63,636 nt of DNA, filler included, from Licmophora abbreviata (GCA_900291995.1; 15 parts of 15 records of this genome joined end to end with filler, not necessarily neighbours in it); one strand, 5' to 3'; positions 1 through 13,200 are shown, counted from the whole stretch's first letter. Translations and numbers: made by a program. The notes: a model not told the origin generated them from the sequence alone.

Positions 1-28
1 ACGAGGGCTCCGTGTACGGCTCCGACAG

Positions 29-2201
29 GTGTGTAGCGCACTACTTTTTCTGTCATTGATCGTCCTTGTGTGGTGCAGCTATTCGATCGCAGTAAGCTGG
101 GCACCCTGGACAGCACCTGTTCAGAGGAGCGAATACTGTGATCCTCTTGATGAGACGGAGTGCTTCTTGCCGTTCCCGTCATTCCGACACATGAAACGTG
201 ACTCGACTACGGCCACTGGCTGGCGCGTGAATCTCCGCAGCGATGTTCTGCCACCGCTCAGAGGAGGGCAGATGATGGAGACCGGCTATATGAATGAGCT
301 TGATGGCTTTAGTACGATGGCGCCGCTCATGTTTATCTGAATGGCATGAAAGAGGCAGACGAGGCGGGCACGGGCACAGTCAAATTACAGGGCATGCAAA
401 GCATAGCATCGTCCACCACAGAGGAGTCTGTCACGCTACTATTGGACGTCGAGAAAGGAACATTGGTACCTCATGGAGCCGAAATTGACCATCTGGATAG
501 CGACCGGCCGCTGGTTTTGGTATTTCCGGCGAGGCCGCTCAGGCACGACGCTCACTACGCTCTTGCGGTTGTCCATGCTTCTGACGTCGGTGGTAATCGG
601 TTGTCCCCTACGTGGGGGATGCGTCAGCTGCTTGAAGGGAACGGAGACGTAGGGTCTGGTGATCGCGAGCGGCGAAGGCGGTATGAATCCGTGTTGATTC
701 CGTCACTGCTGAAAGCTGCACCGGGGATCGACTACAGGAACGACTCTAAGCTGCTCCAGCTGTTGTTTGACTTTCAGACGGTCAGTGCAGCCTCGCAGCT
801 TGGGCCTGTTTGCGCTGTACGAGATGCTACCATGGAGTACATTGAGAGCTCCAAGTGGGGAGACTGGAAGGATCGAGTGCGTGTCGTTAGACAGGACGAT
901 TTTCCCTGCGTCCTGAGGTGGAAATTCTCTATGCTCGGACTATACATGGCGAGATGGACGTACCATGGTATCTGGAGGGCTTTGGTCGCGGGCACAGAAG
1001 GTCCTATCTGGACGCCTCTGCAGTCGCTCGCCCTAGCCCTGTGACAATTGGAACGGCTAAGCTCGTGGTGCACATCCCGTGCTCGCTGGAGGCCGCGGCT
1101 CTTGATGGAACAAGCGGCAAGGAGCTGCGTTCCGTGATGGAGTTCGGACACGGGCTTTTCGGGAATCGAATGGAAACCAACGATCTATCGGTCCAAAGGT
1201 GAGTTTGGGTGATGCTTGTAGCTCGACTTCGACTCCAACGCTGACATGTGACAATTTTGACCAGACTTGCTAACGACAATGGGTTCGTCGTAACTGGAAT
1301 GGACGCGCGTGGCATGTCAAGGTTCGATCGACTCCCAGTTATAGAGTCGCTCATGTCAACACCTCGTCACTTTCAATTCGTTCGTGACAATCTTATTCAA
1401 GGTTTCTCTTACCAGCTCGCGCTTCAGCATTTTTCTCGACACAGAATGCTTGATCTCCCATGGTTCAAGTTTCAATCAATGTCCGGAAAGAAAGGATCGA
1501 TACCATCGTATGAGGGAAACTTCCGTCCTTTACATACTATGGCACTTCACAAGGCGGAGTACTTGGCGCAGGGTACTCCGCCCTATCAGGTCCTACCGGT
1601 CTTATCGATCGAGCCGTTCTTACATCTGCAGGTAGCTCCTTCTCGCTCGTTTTGTCCAGGTCGGAAGCGTTTGGGCTTAACGATGGAGTTTTACTTTCGC
1701 AACTTTTACAACAATCGACACGTCCGGCTTTTTATCTCGCTGGTACAAATGGCTTGGGACTCTGTAGAAGCTGCAGGCGTGTTGGCGGAATCAATCGAAC
1801 CATTCCCTCCAACCCTCATGCAAACCGGACTTGGTGACTCTACAGTCAATTCGATCGCGGCTGAAGTTCTGGCAAGAGCCTACGGCGCGTCCATGCTACC
1901 CAACAATCCTCGCAAGGGTGTCTCTGGAATCCCTCAAGCCTCCGTATCATCGAATGTATCATCGAATGTATCTATATCGAGCTCGACAGCATTCTTCACG
2001 GAACTACTGTACGAGGAGGAGTACCGCAGCTTGCCCAAGAGGAATGAACTTGCTCCACTGAATGAGGTACATGTATGTACGCGAAGGGACCCTATCCTCC
2101 GCACGCAGGTGAACGAGTTTCTTTCTACTGCTCGCATAGTCGACCCGTGTTTGGATGACGGTTGTCGACCCAAAAAAGTGAACTGTTGGAAAGCAACTTG
2201 A
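29..2201 (+). CDS. Secreted or membrane-anchored alpha/beta-hydrolase (lipase-like) of an uncharacterised family; 5' end may lie outside the window; several apparent single-base indels
   Basis: ORF pieces 29-340, 346-~910, ~918-1198 and 1265-2201 join through one GT-AG intron (1199-1264) and single-base shifts in short homopolymers (~335, ~909, ~1517, ~1697). Hydrophobic N-terminus, CDPLDETECFLPFPS...NELDGFS, FGHGLFG. A GxSxG elbow (YYGTSQGG, GTSQGG at 1541-1558) lies in a frame missing from the ORF track. Candidate catalytic Asp (GLGDSTV) and His (NEVH). Confidence 0.6.
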
Positions 2202-2833
2202 GAGTCTTCGTCGAACACCCGATTGACAAGCTGCATGGCTCGCATGAACGTCAACAAGGATTCGCCCGTGTGACGCCTATGAGTTCCGAGATCTGTCGGG
2301 ATTCTGGCGGGGATGACGGGGTCGTGAGACATACTATGTCGTACAGATGCCTCTGACGCCGCTGGTGTTCTGCAGCCAGTATTTCACAGGAGGCAACGTT
2401 GCTGATAGTGCATAGTCCTTGCTAAGTCACAAGCAAGTCTTTTTCTCTGTGGTTGCCATCGTCGCAGCTGGAGAGCAAAGTGAAACCGGCGACCCAGAGA
2501 CATCACTGACAGCCACCAACGGGCGATAGTGACTAACAGTCATGCAACGACAGCGTGGAGGTCGCTTGGGCACTAGCAAGACGAGGCCTACCTTTTTCAT
2601 GAATTGAAAGTAAGAAGAGCATGCCGCAAATAAAATGATATATGAAGAAGAGTATCATCCTATTTCAAAGTTTAGAACATTTTGCGTGTATGTATTGTTG
2701 TAGTCTATCGGACTGCCCCGCGGATCGCGTTTCCTTCCAAAGTTTCTGTTCGTGCATCCACAACAATAGCAGATTTGCGAAGACAAGTACATCTCATTTA
2801 CCCAACCCAAACTATGCACCAGTGCTGTCCCAT

Positions 2834-3263
2834 TCACTGCCATCCATAATGGTCCTCGCGTTTGCATTTCTCATACCGATCTTGGGCCAGATAGAGACGC
2901 TCCTCTAGTTCCAATGTGTCCCCGTCATCGTAGTGGACCATGTACTTACCACCAGGCAACACATGCTCAACCGTACCAAAAAAGATCCTCTCCTTGCCTT
3001 CGTCGTCTAAAAAGAAAGGGATTGCAACTCGGGAGCCACTCGAGGCAGAGTTCACGACTTTTCTAAGATTGCTTACGGCAACGGCCCGCTCCTTCTCAGT
3101 GTCTGCAAGCTTGGCGGTAGTGTTCTTCAGTGCCCTCTCTAGACGATTGATCGTAGTCTTTCCTTCATTGTTGAGCGCTGAGTTCTTCGAACGCAGGGGA
3201 GCCTCGACTCTTGCAGCTCGCTTGAGGACACTCGCAACTTGGGTCATGTGTTCGGCTCGCTCC
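2834..3263 (-). CDS. Coiled-coil plus Tudor-like (PTM/DIR17-type) domain protein, 5'-truncated by a gap
   Basis: Heptad-rich segment followed by RVAIPF...IFFGTVEHV...KYMVHYDDGDTLELEE, a typical Tudor-like pattern. Confidence 0.5.
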
Positions 3264-3363
3264 NNNNNNNNNNNNNNNNNNNNNNNNNNNNNNNNNNNNN
3301 NNNNNNNTTAATTAATTAANNNNNNNNNNNNNNNNNNNNNNNNNNNNNNNNNNNNNNNNNNNN
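3264..3363. other. Artificial contig linker / assembly gap (first of 14)
   Basis: 44 N + TTAATTAATTAA (stops in all six frames) + 44 N. Identical linkers at 6292-6391, 8350-8449, 14202-14301, 15633-15732, 27329-27428, 34824-34923, 40675-40774, 44032-44131, 45273-45372, 49344-49443, 52223-52322, 53789-53888 and 61715-61814. Confidence 0.98.
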
Positions 3364-3933
3364 TCATCTCCCATTGAGGCAATTTGTTCCACCCCGACTC
3401 GCCAGATTCGGTTGAGTGACATGCCTAATCGATTCGAGCACAATCCTCATGCCAAGCTATCGTCGTGGTGTCGTCGACGTCGTCCTCTGGAGGACAAGTT
3501 CAAGTCTACAGGTATCAGCGAAGTACTTCTGGTTCGATCGATTCGCAACGTGAGGGCCGACGGTGCTACTCTGAACTCTATTCAGCTATTGGAAGGGCTG
3601 ACATCGAACGTCTTTGTGGTCTATCGTGACGGCACGCTTCGCACAAGTGTTGACGATCAGGCCGTCTTGCCTGGTTTTGCCCAGAAGTTAGTCATGGCGT
3701 GTGCTGCAGACGTCGGTCTCGACGTGACGTTTGAGCCCATCCTGCTAGAGGATATAGACATGTGGAAGGAAGTGTTCGTAACTTCATCCGTCAAGTTGGT
3801 TGTCCCTGTGGCAAAAATATGGAAACTTTCGAGTGCTGACGAAGCCGCAATCAGACACGTGTGCTGGGAAGGATCGACGAATTGCATTTCGAACTTGTTG
3901 TTTGACAAGGTAATGTCTGGGTTGCAATTGTGA
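3364..3933 (+). CDS. Class IV PLP-dependent aminotransferase-like protein (BCAT/DAAT/ADC-lyase fold), 5'-truncated
   Basis: PHAK, LLEGLTSNVFVV, VLPGFAQKLV and EVFVTSSVKLVVPV match fold-type IV motifs. Confidence 0.8.
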   Translation, partial: SSPIEAICSTPTRQIRLSDMPNRFEHNPHAKLSSWCRRRRPLEDKFKSTGISEVLLVRSIRNVRADGATLNSIQLLEGLTSNVFVVYRDGTLRTSVDDQAVLPGFAQKLVMACAADVGLDVTFEPILLEDIDMWKEVFVTSSVKLVVPVAKIWKLSSADEAAIRHVCWEGSTNCISNLLFDKVMSGLQL

Positions 3934-4166
3934 ATTTTGGATTAAGACGTTCGCCAAATTTCACGTGAAAGGTGCTCAGTGTCTCGAGATAGAGAATATG
4001 TGGGTACACCGGAACAAGCAGCGCGACGGAATGGTAGCACGGCGTAGTTTATTCTTCTCCGAATATCACGCGTGAAGAAGTTCGGACGAAAGGCAATATT
4101 AGATATTTACTAAAGAAGCTTGCTTATTCTCATTCCCTGCCTTAGCGCCCGTACCCGTCGGACAGC

Positions 4167-5899
4167 CTACGACATTTGAGCTTCCACGTCCTCCAAGTAC
4201 GCAGCTGCCTCTCGAACAAGCGAAACATCAACGGCTTCGTCGAGGATTCTCGCGCACGCCATTAGAATATCTTCGTGGCTCAGCTTGGAAGCAAACAGTA
4301 ATGGGTATCGCAATCGGATGTCGAGCGGGTACTGTTCTAATGGTTCTATTGCATCGGAAGTAATATTTGCATTCCTTGCAAAAGATTCGTCCACTTCTTC
4401 GTACGGGACGACGACTGGGCCGTCCGAGTCGCTCTCCACTGACATGTTGGAGTCCTCAGTATGTTTAATTTGCTGAAGCGTTTCTCTATAGCACTCTACT
4501 TCCTTGTTAGTGTCGGCTTCAGAATTAACTTCGTCTCCCCGTGGCGAATCGCTGTTTGAGACAAACTCATCCATCAGGGCCGGAAATCGATTAGACAATA
4601 TCCGCATCAAGGATGAAAGAGTTGTCTGGACGTCGTCGTTGTTGACGTTGGAGCAAGTATTGACAAGACGTTTGAGTGCGGGAGCAAAGAATGTATTCTC
4701 GGAGTACTCCACATCCTGCAGAGAAGAACAGTGAGAGAGAAGTCACTAGATGAGCGTTCGAAGTCTCTAACGCCTAGCTTGCTGCATACGGCGCAGCTCT
4801 CACCTCGAAGAACTCGTTCTCCATCGTGGTCAGCTGCATCGCAAGTACTCCTAGCAGGTTGACAAAAAGCCCCGCATTTTGATCAACTTGTTCAGATCGA
4901 AGCAACGACAGCATCGCAACTAGATCTCTCCTATGAATAAGATGTACATGGAGAGGCGATTGAAACTTCAGTAGATTCAGGTACACATACCTGTAGACGC
5001 ATCGAGAATATATATACCATGACACTCGACACTTACCAATGCTCCAACGAGGAAAGGCAATGCATATGAAGAAACATAGTATAGGAAAGTTGAAGGTCGC
5101 CAATTAGGTCTTGCCAAGTCGCACCGTAATAGCGATCCAAGACGTCCGCAAGGACATCATCCGAAGGGCTTGGCGAGAGGAAGAGCGTCGTCCGTTGCGT
5201 CGGTGACAAACGAGAAAGATACCGCTTTGTTCCAACATGTTGTGTATGATGGCCATTCCTGCCTCTGTCGATGAACGGAATGGGAGGATACTTAATTGAT
5301 GTTCCATCCACTGCTGAAGCGTCACTAGGATTTGCCGCCATCGCAACAGACGGCTGATCAGTCTTCGCCTCAGAATCATCGTACGAGCCAGGAAGCACCT
5401 TGTCGCCGTGATCCAGACCTCTTCTCTGCAGCAGTCGACGAGAAATGAAATTTGTTTTCCATTTCCAACTGTCCTTTTCCACCGAAGGAAGGATTCGATT
5501 ATAAGAAATCACCCGCTGTTGTTCCATGCGACCACTGCGGACGTGCAGAAGCAGATTGTCGGTCGTAGTCCTGTCGAGGGGAATTGACGAGAGCTCCTCC
5601 GTCTGCCTATCGTATCGCCTTGCCAGGATCCATTCTGATTCTTGATTTGAAGGCGCAATAATAAGTCCGGTCACCAAGGACGGTTCCTGTTGGGAGCTTC
5701 CGTTTGTGCCACGAGAGGCCGCTGGTCGCACTGTTACCAAGTGGAACTCATCATTCGCTGCTGGCACGTGGTCGAAGCCGACGAAATCGTCTCGTTGAAG
5801 GACCACCGAATGTCCATCGATACTCAGTACCGTATTCGCTGGCAAATCTAGCAGCGCAACGATGCCGTGAGACGCAGACGACAGACTCCGAGCCGTCAT
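4167..5899 (-). CDS. AAR2: U5 snRNP assembly factor AAR2
   Basis: N-terminal LLDLP...SIDG...FVGFDHVP; C-terminal LIGDLQLSYTMFL...SSLEHWRDLVAMLS. GT-AG introns at 5036-4931 and 4803-4716 join three exons in frame. Confidence 0.8.
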
Positions 5900-6136
5900 C
5901 GTAACAAGACCAAGTCATCATGCCATGGCGGTGATGGATGAATAGAGACGAGTTCAGAAGGGTGTCATATTGACGTCACATCCGAACCGAGAGGCTAGCA
6001 TAATTTACAGGATCCGACTTCTACAACTCTCCACTCGAGACTACAGCTCACTAGCAGCTATACTAGTCCGCAGGTCCACATTAAGAGAGCAGGCACGTCC
6101 ATGGACAGTCGTTCCAAAATCGACAAGAGCATGCTT

Positions 6137-7012
6137 CTAAAACTCCTGCCATCGCAGTATTGTCCGACAGCTCGGACAGTTCCTGTTTTGTTCAATCCAC
6201 TGGTACAAACATGGCAAATGAAAGAACGTTTTGTTCTCGCCGCATCCACATATGGTCGGCATTCTCGGATTAGTTGCATCGAAGCCTTCCANNNNNNNNN
6301 NNNNNNNNNNNNNNNNNNNNNNNNNNNNNNNNNNNTTAATTAATTAANNNNNNNNNNNNNNNNNNNNNNNNNNNNNNNNNNNNNNNNNNNNACATATGGT
6401 CGGCATTCTCGGATTAGTTGCATCGAAGCCTTCCATACAAATAACACACTCATCACCGATCTCCTCCATTGATTCGCGGATGTGTGCTGCCATAAGCTTT
6501 TGGAGGGCAGATCCAGGCACGACGATCTCTTCTGGATTGATGGCAGGGGTGTAACTCGCCTCCTGGAAGCTAACAGCAGTGCGAAGCGGTGAGCTGGATA
6601 CTTTGGTTCCAAGCGTATCCATGGACTTTGGCTTGCTACTCCCGAGATTGCTGCTTCGTCGAAACACTCCAAATGGACCGTCCGATGCAGCCGTCAGAGT
6701 CGGGGGTGGCGGAACAAGAGATGACGGACCCTCTAATGAGCCGTCGGGCGAGACACGTTCCAGTGAATCGTATTTCCTCAAGCTATTACGTAAATTTCTC
6801 CAAAATGAGTGCAGCGAGGAGAGTTCGTCGAGCTCATCCTCCTCATCTGCCGGTCGACAGCAGTCGTCATCGCGGCTCTCGTCGTCATGCGCCGACTCCG
6901 AATACCGTCTCATTCCAAGCGGTGGTCGAGGAGGATCGTATGAGTCTTCGAGTTGTTCTTCCTGATCTTCTTCAAAACAACTTCTTAGCAGACAGTGCAT
7001 AATGGATCTCAT
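6137..7012 (-). CDS. RING-type zinc-finger E3 ubiquitin ligase spanning a false gap
   Basis: Collapsing the 44-bp overlap (6248-6291 = 6392-6435) gives CVICMEGFDATNPRMPTICGCGENKTFFHLPCLYQWIEQNRNCPSCRTILRWQEF-stop (TAG at 6139-6137). Confidence 0.85.
6248..6435. repeat. 44-bp direct duplication flanking a linker (unmerged contig overlap)
   Basis: 6248-6291 is identical to 6392-6435. Confidence 0.95.
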
Positions 7013-7621
7013 CGTGAACAAGCTGTTGAAGTAGTATGAAATCTCTAGTCTGGCGTTTACGTGTCGTGGCGGACAAAAAGGAGTTACGCTGCGTCAAAGA
7101 CAAGTCAAAGAGTGTAGGAGAGTAAGCCACGTGCGATGTTAGTCCAGAGCCTCAAACCTACAAAGGGGGGAGGAGCGCTGATGAAGGCAACAATGAAGCG
7201 ACTGATTTCCGTCGTGTTCTTCGTTCTTTTTGTGGTCATGGTACTTCACAATCACAGCGGGCACATTTCACAAACGGTAGTTTCCGTAGTCTATTCTTCA
7301 TAAACCCTATTCCAAAAGGATTCAGCAACACGACTCAGCCATCGAGTTGAGACGCCGTCCCTAAATCATGCAGCTGGACCAGTCCAACACGACACTATGC
7401 GGATACATACTACTCACGCTTTAGAGGTCGCCCTGAGTGCCGCATTCTCTGTAAGACAGCGCGCTCGAAGCAAACAGTGGAGTGTTCAGAATGATGATAC
7501 GGAGACAGCTACGATACAGTGATGTGTTCTCACGAAAGATCATCATCAACGAGACAAGTCTGCGATTCCGGATTCTTCCATGACTCACTCGACTTGAATC
7601 GACTTAGCCGACTAACTCACG

Positions 7622-10025
7622 ATGGCAAATTCAACACTGAAAAGAGGCGGCGACGATGGCGCTTTGAGCCGCCGCAGCGCTTTGCATTGTCTCTGTAACA
7701 AAGCCAGGGACTCGGTAGACCTAGTTTCTTGTCCTTTCCCGAGGAGCGTATTTTCGGGACAAGAAATGGCGAGGACAAATCGTAAAGATGTCCTGGAGGC
7801 AGCGCAGCACTCAGCCAGCGTTGATGCCCTCGACGATCTCAATCTCGACGATATGTTCAACGACGGACTTTTCGATGAATTTGTTGATCTTGATGGCATG
7901 GGAGATATTGCAAACACGAACAAAAATTCAGATCCAAAACCTCAACAAGATTTCGATGAAATAAATCTCGATCTACTAGGAGGAAGTGATGTACTCGCGG
8001 CGACAACTGATGGTGTGCCCTCTGCTCGACGAACCACCAAGCGAAAGATCAAGTCTCCCTCTTTCCCTTCCCTTGACAGCGACGATGAAGAGTATGAACC
8101 GACCAAGAAACGACGACGCTCGGCGGCGGCCAAGAAGAAAGGTGCCAAGGCTGCGGCAGCAGGGAAAAGGACTGCCGCTACACCCAACGTGAAAAAGAAA
8201 GCTGTGCCTGGAAAGACCACCAAAAGTTCTCCTTCTGGGGTTTTGGAGACAGCGAGCAAGGGCAAGAAAATAAGAGGGACGGCCCCTCATACCTCCTCAC
8301 AAGGCACGGTTCGGTCTGAATCAAATAACTTTTGTGGGCTGCACCCTTCNNNNNNNNNNNNNNNNNNNNNNNNNNNNNNNNNNNNNNNNNNNNTTAATTA
8401 ATTAANNNNNNNNNNNNNNNNNNNNNNNNNNNNNNNNNNNNNNNNNNNNCCTCGGAGACAGACCCTATCTTGAATTTACTTCTGGTTGACGACCAGCCGT
8501 CGGCATCCTCCGCTGGAGGGAGCAGCGATCCCACACAACGACGACATGCTCTCGGAAGCGCAGTTGAGCAAGCACGACAGGCCGTCCAGCGCTCCGACAA
8601 GGCGGGGCTGGTTTCGGACCTGCAGTCTGTTTGCATCTTGGTGAAAAAGCAATTTGAATTCCTAAGCCAGAGCCTTGACAACATGGAACGTTGGAGCCGA
8701 GACAGCTTCAGCGAGCAAGATCATGTTGCAATTTACGGATCACTTCTCCCTCGTCATGCCGGACGAAAACACAAGTCGTCGCTGGATGGAGGTGTCGGCG
8801 TTACTTCGTTGGGTGGAAGGTTGGGCGTGGTTTATTTCGCAACAACATCTTCAAGGTCAAGATAAAATGTATTGGATTCAAGGCACCCAAACAGTCTAGG
8901 CCATTGTTGGCCAAGCTACCTCAGCGTGCAGGAGCTGCGTCGCAGGCAGCGTCTTCTAGTGTCGCTTCCAAGACAGAAAAGGGTACCAAGAAGCGCCGCT
9001 CATTAAGTACAGATGCAAAGGTGACGAGCGTCACTGTAGCGGTGGAGGAGAAAGCTGTTGCGTATGCTCAGCTGAAGCCATGGCAGCGACGGCACCGTGT
9101 CACGGAAGCAATCAATCAACGAGCCTTTAAGCTTGACATGCAGCACCGTGAGGCTGTAGAGAAGCGACGTCGAGTAGTGGAGCGTCAAAATACGGATTTA
9201 CAAAAGATTGTTGACGACGACGTGCTAGAGCTTCCAAACACAGTAGCGCTTTGGAAATGGATCGAAAAGTCAGCCTACTTTTCAGAATTTTGTAACGATG
9301 ACGTGACCGAAGTTCTTAAAGATCTGTGGGAGTCAATCTTTCATGAAAGGGAAGCCAGTCATCCGCTACTGTCGGCTGGAGGGCACCCGAGCAGTCTCGT
9401 CGAAGTTTCATACGGCACCGGAAACAAGGCGACGATCAACAGACTGCAATCTCTGTTGGTTGACGTTGCTTCGGACAGCGAGGATGAGGAGGACACTTTC
9501 GCCGGCGACGACGACTGGGATTCGACTGATACGCTCGATTTTTTACCGAAAGCCTTGTTCGACCTCTCTGGTTTTTCTATGGAGGAGAGAGCGTATTTGC
9601 ATCTTCGTGCAGCTGGGCTTGTCAGAGGGCCAGTCACCCCGAAGTCGATTGCACCTGGTGTTGCGTCCGACGATGCAAAATCCACTAGCGAAAGGAGCGG
9701 CGCAGAGATGCCGCCTCAGCCATCGGAGGAAAACAACGGAATGGGAACATACATCGTTAACAACACGGCCCGTGATATCGACGATGCTATTGATCGAATG
9801 CAAGAGGCGCTGGTGGGACAAGTTCGTACCAACAATGAGCGAGTGATGTTCCTGGAATCGGCTGCACGCTCCCACGGCGCCGAAGTGCGAGCAGGGAAGA
9901 AGAAGCGCGACGAAGAGGCGTTACTCATCTCCCGCTACAACCAGCTGCTCAAGAAGCAGAAAGAAACGAAACGGACCGCTCGACAAAAGACAGCGAAGAA
10001 AGATGAAGACTGGGTTCCTTGGTAG
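7622..10025 (+). CDS. Nuclear low-complexity protein with an ADA3-like C-terminal region (possible SAGA/ADA subunit); spans a gap, with a frame change near 8830
   Basis: Basic NLS-like tracts (PTKKRRR). C-terminal FSMEERAYLHLRAAGL ... DIDDAIDRMQEALVGQVRTNNER resembles the Ada3 pattern 'LEERxxxELxxxGL ... DDEIxxxLRxLQxxL'. Recognised by eye only. Confidence 0.45.
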
Positions 10026-10277
10026 ACTATTATTGCTAAGATTAAGCATGCACTTGTCCACTTGCGGTAGATCCTTCTTCATCCAAAGGCCATGACGGTC
10101 TACCAACAACAAATTGTCGTTCTCGAGCAGCGTCTAGATCTTTTGCATTTCTCAATGCTTGTGCGCGAGCCCTCCTCCGTGGTGACGCCAACATCTGGTC
10201 TTCTGGTTGGTGTCGGGCAACGCTGACTGTCGAAATGTCGCCGATCCTCTGGTAAGCTTCTGTGCGCTGGAGGCGTT

Positions 10278-13200
10278 TCAACATTTGCCATTTGCAATTT
10301 GCAGAGCAGCCTTCCGTGACAGGTTCTGGTTGAACTTGAGACACTGACTGCAGTGAAGGCAAGCAGGACATCCTCCAGAGTAGCGCTTATCGACGTCACA
10401 GGAAGGACAGCTTGTCAGGAGATCAATCGCAGCGTCAAGCAGACCGTTGGGAACGAACAGAAACTTCCACAGTTGTGAGCATGTTCCAGCTCCTCCGGCT
10501 CTGACATCAAAAAGCATAACTCTTGTGCATTCGACGAAACTGTGATCGCAATCGATGTCTGATGTTGAGCAAGGCACGAACAAGGGAGCGACCGCAAGCA
10601 GTGCATGCGACAACGCATGTACGCCTGCATCATAGTCGGGTATCTGAGAGGATAGAAGGGTTGCTTCCGTGTCAATCCAGAAAGCATAAGTGTCGAATTC
10701 CATCGGGGGGAGCGATATCTCCGATCGTGATATCTCCACACGTGTCACAGGTGACAGCTTCTTATAGCCGTGTACCTCCCGTTTAATAGTGACTATGCCG
10801 TTTCCTGCGAGGGAATCGAGGTGTGGCGGCTTCTGACCGTCGGCTTCACTCGAATCCACGGCAAGCAGAGTTTCCCGGGCTATATCTACCCTTTCCATCT
10901 GTTTTACGATTGTAATAATCATTGAGCTAAGCGGTCTCGTAGAATAACGTGCTTTCGTCGGTTTGGCAAATGCAGCTAGACTGCAGTTTCTAGCGCAAGC
11001 TCCACGGGAGGCAATGAAGGCTGGGGGTCTTGTCATACATTGAACTTCGTATTTCTTTCCTCTGAGGATGACGAAAGGGTATATAACCTAGTTGAGCGAT
11101 GTCTACGGAACGTTGACACAGTTAGGACCATCCACGCTATCCCCTTACCTGTGCATAATGATCGCTCCCGGAAATGCATGATAGAAAACTCGAGAGTACG
11201 GGATCGTGTCCAGAATGGCCTTATCTCTTACAACATCCATCTTGCCGCCTTGAAGAGGATGACTGATATCGACGATCGAATAGTTGACTGCCTCGATAGA
11301 GCGAATAGATGTTCGACCCCACGGCTTTGTCACAGACTGTAGTTGAGCACACGGTTAAGGAATGTGAGATTGGAAACCCGGTATCTGCTTTAGTGTTGTC
11401 GGAACGTCTACGTACCGGATGGGCCTTCATCACGACAACCTGCCCTCTTTCTGTGCCAGGCGCCACGACGGTCTCTTCAATGAGGGAGCCATTCGATGAA
11501 AGGGTGGCGATCGATTCGCGATACGGAACCTCCGACCCGAGTAAGTCGACGTCGTTCAAGGTGTCACCGTCTTGACCGCGCATAAGATGCCCTTGAACGA
11601 GCTTGCACGCGCCATATTTACCTGTCAGAGGAAACTCATCCGCAGCGCAAAGCAAGTGCCCTTGTAAAATGCTAGGATTGATCGGAATAGATGGAGGGAC
11701 TGAGCGTCCACGAGACAAGAGGCTCTTAGGATATCGCCATATGTGCTGTTCGACGGGCGAGTTGAATGATATCATGATCGCAAGTGAAGATCTACCGTGG
11801 CATGCTGCCCCTCTTCCAGCGCGCCCGGCGCTCTGAAGCAACGAATTGTGCGACGATGGGTATCCGCAATGAAGCGAAACATCGAGACCACCAATATCGA
11901 CGCCAAGCTCCAGCGCGGAAGTACCAACGACTCCCAACAGCTCGTTCCGGAAGAGCCGACGCTCGATGGATCGTCTCGCCTCTACTGTGTAGCCCCCACG
12001 ATATGACTCAACGCGGGAAATGAGATGACTCGTTTCAGAATTACTCTGCAAGGTGGAAACCGTTCGCTCAAATATCCATTCACAAAGGCTCCTGGTCTTC
12101 GCGAACACAATGCAGCGGATATCGTTTGACACGGCTCGAGCGAGAAGGAGTGCCGTCTCATCCGCCGCATGCCGTCGATACATCTTGGTACCTGCGGTAC
12201 GTGCTACGGCATTCAACGATCTTGCTCGTCTCTGCTTGACACTGGTCATACTGCGATCTGAGACAGACCGGACGGGCAGGTCGACGTCGTCGTCATTGCC
12301 AAATCCAGCAATAAAATTCTGCTGCAATTTCTCACCTTCCCGCGTATCGTCCCCCAACTCTTCCTGGTGCCGCGGCCCTGCGGAAATCGTTACACGCCCA
12401 GTGCTCGTCCCGTCTATGTTCATGATGGGAGGATTCCACACGAAAAAGTGTTTGGGGGAGCGCGGAGATCCGTCGTCCTCGTTAGCCACAACCTTTACCG
12501 GAGCGTCTTTTCGAATCGGACAAAGCAGGCGGAAATGATGTTCCGGGTATGTCATGGTAGCAGAGCATGCCAAAAATGTCGGTAGAGTTGTATTTGGGCA
12601 ATCTTCTGAATCCTGATTTCTTGTCGTTGAGCAAACCATACACAACCTCATGAGACGTGACAGAACGAGCGCTACATGTGCGCCAAACACGCCTTCATAC
12701 ATATGCGCTTCATCAATGACGATATACCGAACTCGCTCCAACATGGACCGATACACCTTTTTCCATCCGGGAAGAATAGCAGCATGAAGAGTATCGGGAT
12801 TGGTCATGACTATATTGCACTCTTTGGCTACTTCGGCGCGTTGAGCATGAGGTGTGTCCCCGTCGATGATACCTGGGGTTATACGGCTTTGGAGATCAGG
12901 GTATTGTGTGAGAAGGCTCGCAAGTTTCGTCATTTGATCCTGGGCAAGAGCTTTCGTAGGAAACATCAGGAGCGACGTGCCAGAGGAGCCTGCATCGCCC
13001 GATGTACCTGTACTCCCCATTGCCGCAGTCAAAACCGGAATCAAAAAACACATCGATTTTCCAGACCCTGTTCCGGTGCACACAATCGTATGAGTGCCAT
13101 CTATGGCGGAATTAATAGCATCGGCTTGGTGACTATACAGCTTTCGACGCGCTGCGCTGCTCGTTCTTGAAGGAGAGCCGCCGCTCGGTGACTCCAGCGT

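Noticed and set aside
330..1700. Programmed frameshifting, RNA editing or pseudogenisation in the hydrolase gene
   Set aside because: Each shift lies in a short homopolymer with no in-frame nonsense codons, and the 27.3 kb overlap shows the assembly has such indel errors.
1944..1977. 12-bp tandem repeat GTATCATCGAAT
   Set aside because: It is a short in-frame slippage repeat (VSSN) in a linker region.
6058..6435. Tandem duplication of a RING exon
   Set aside because: The exact 44-bp overlap on both sides of a linker collapses into one continuous RING domain.
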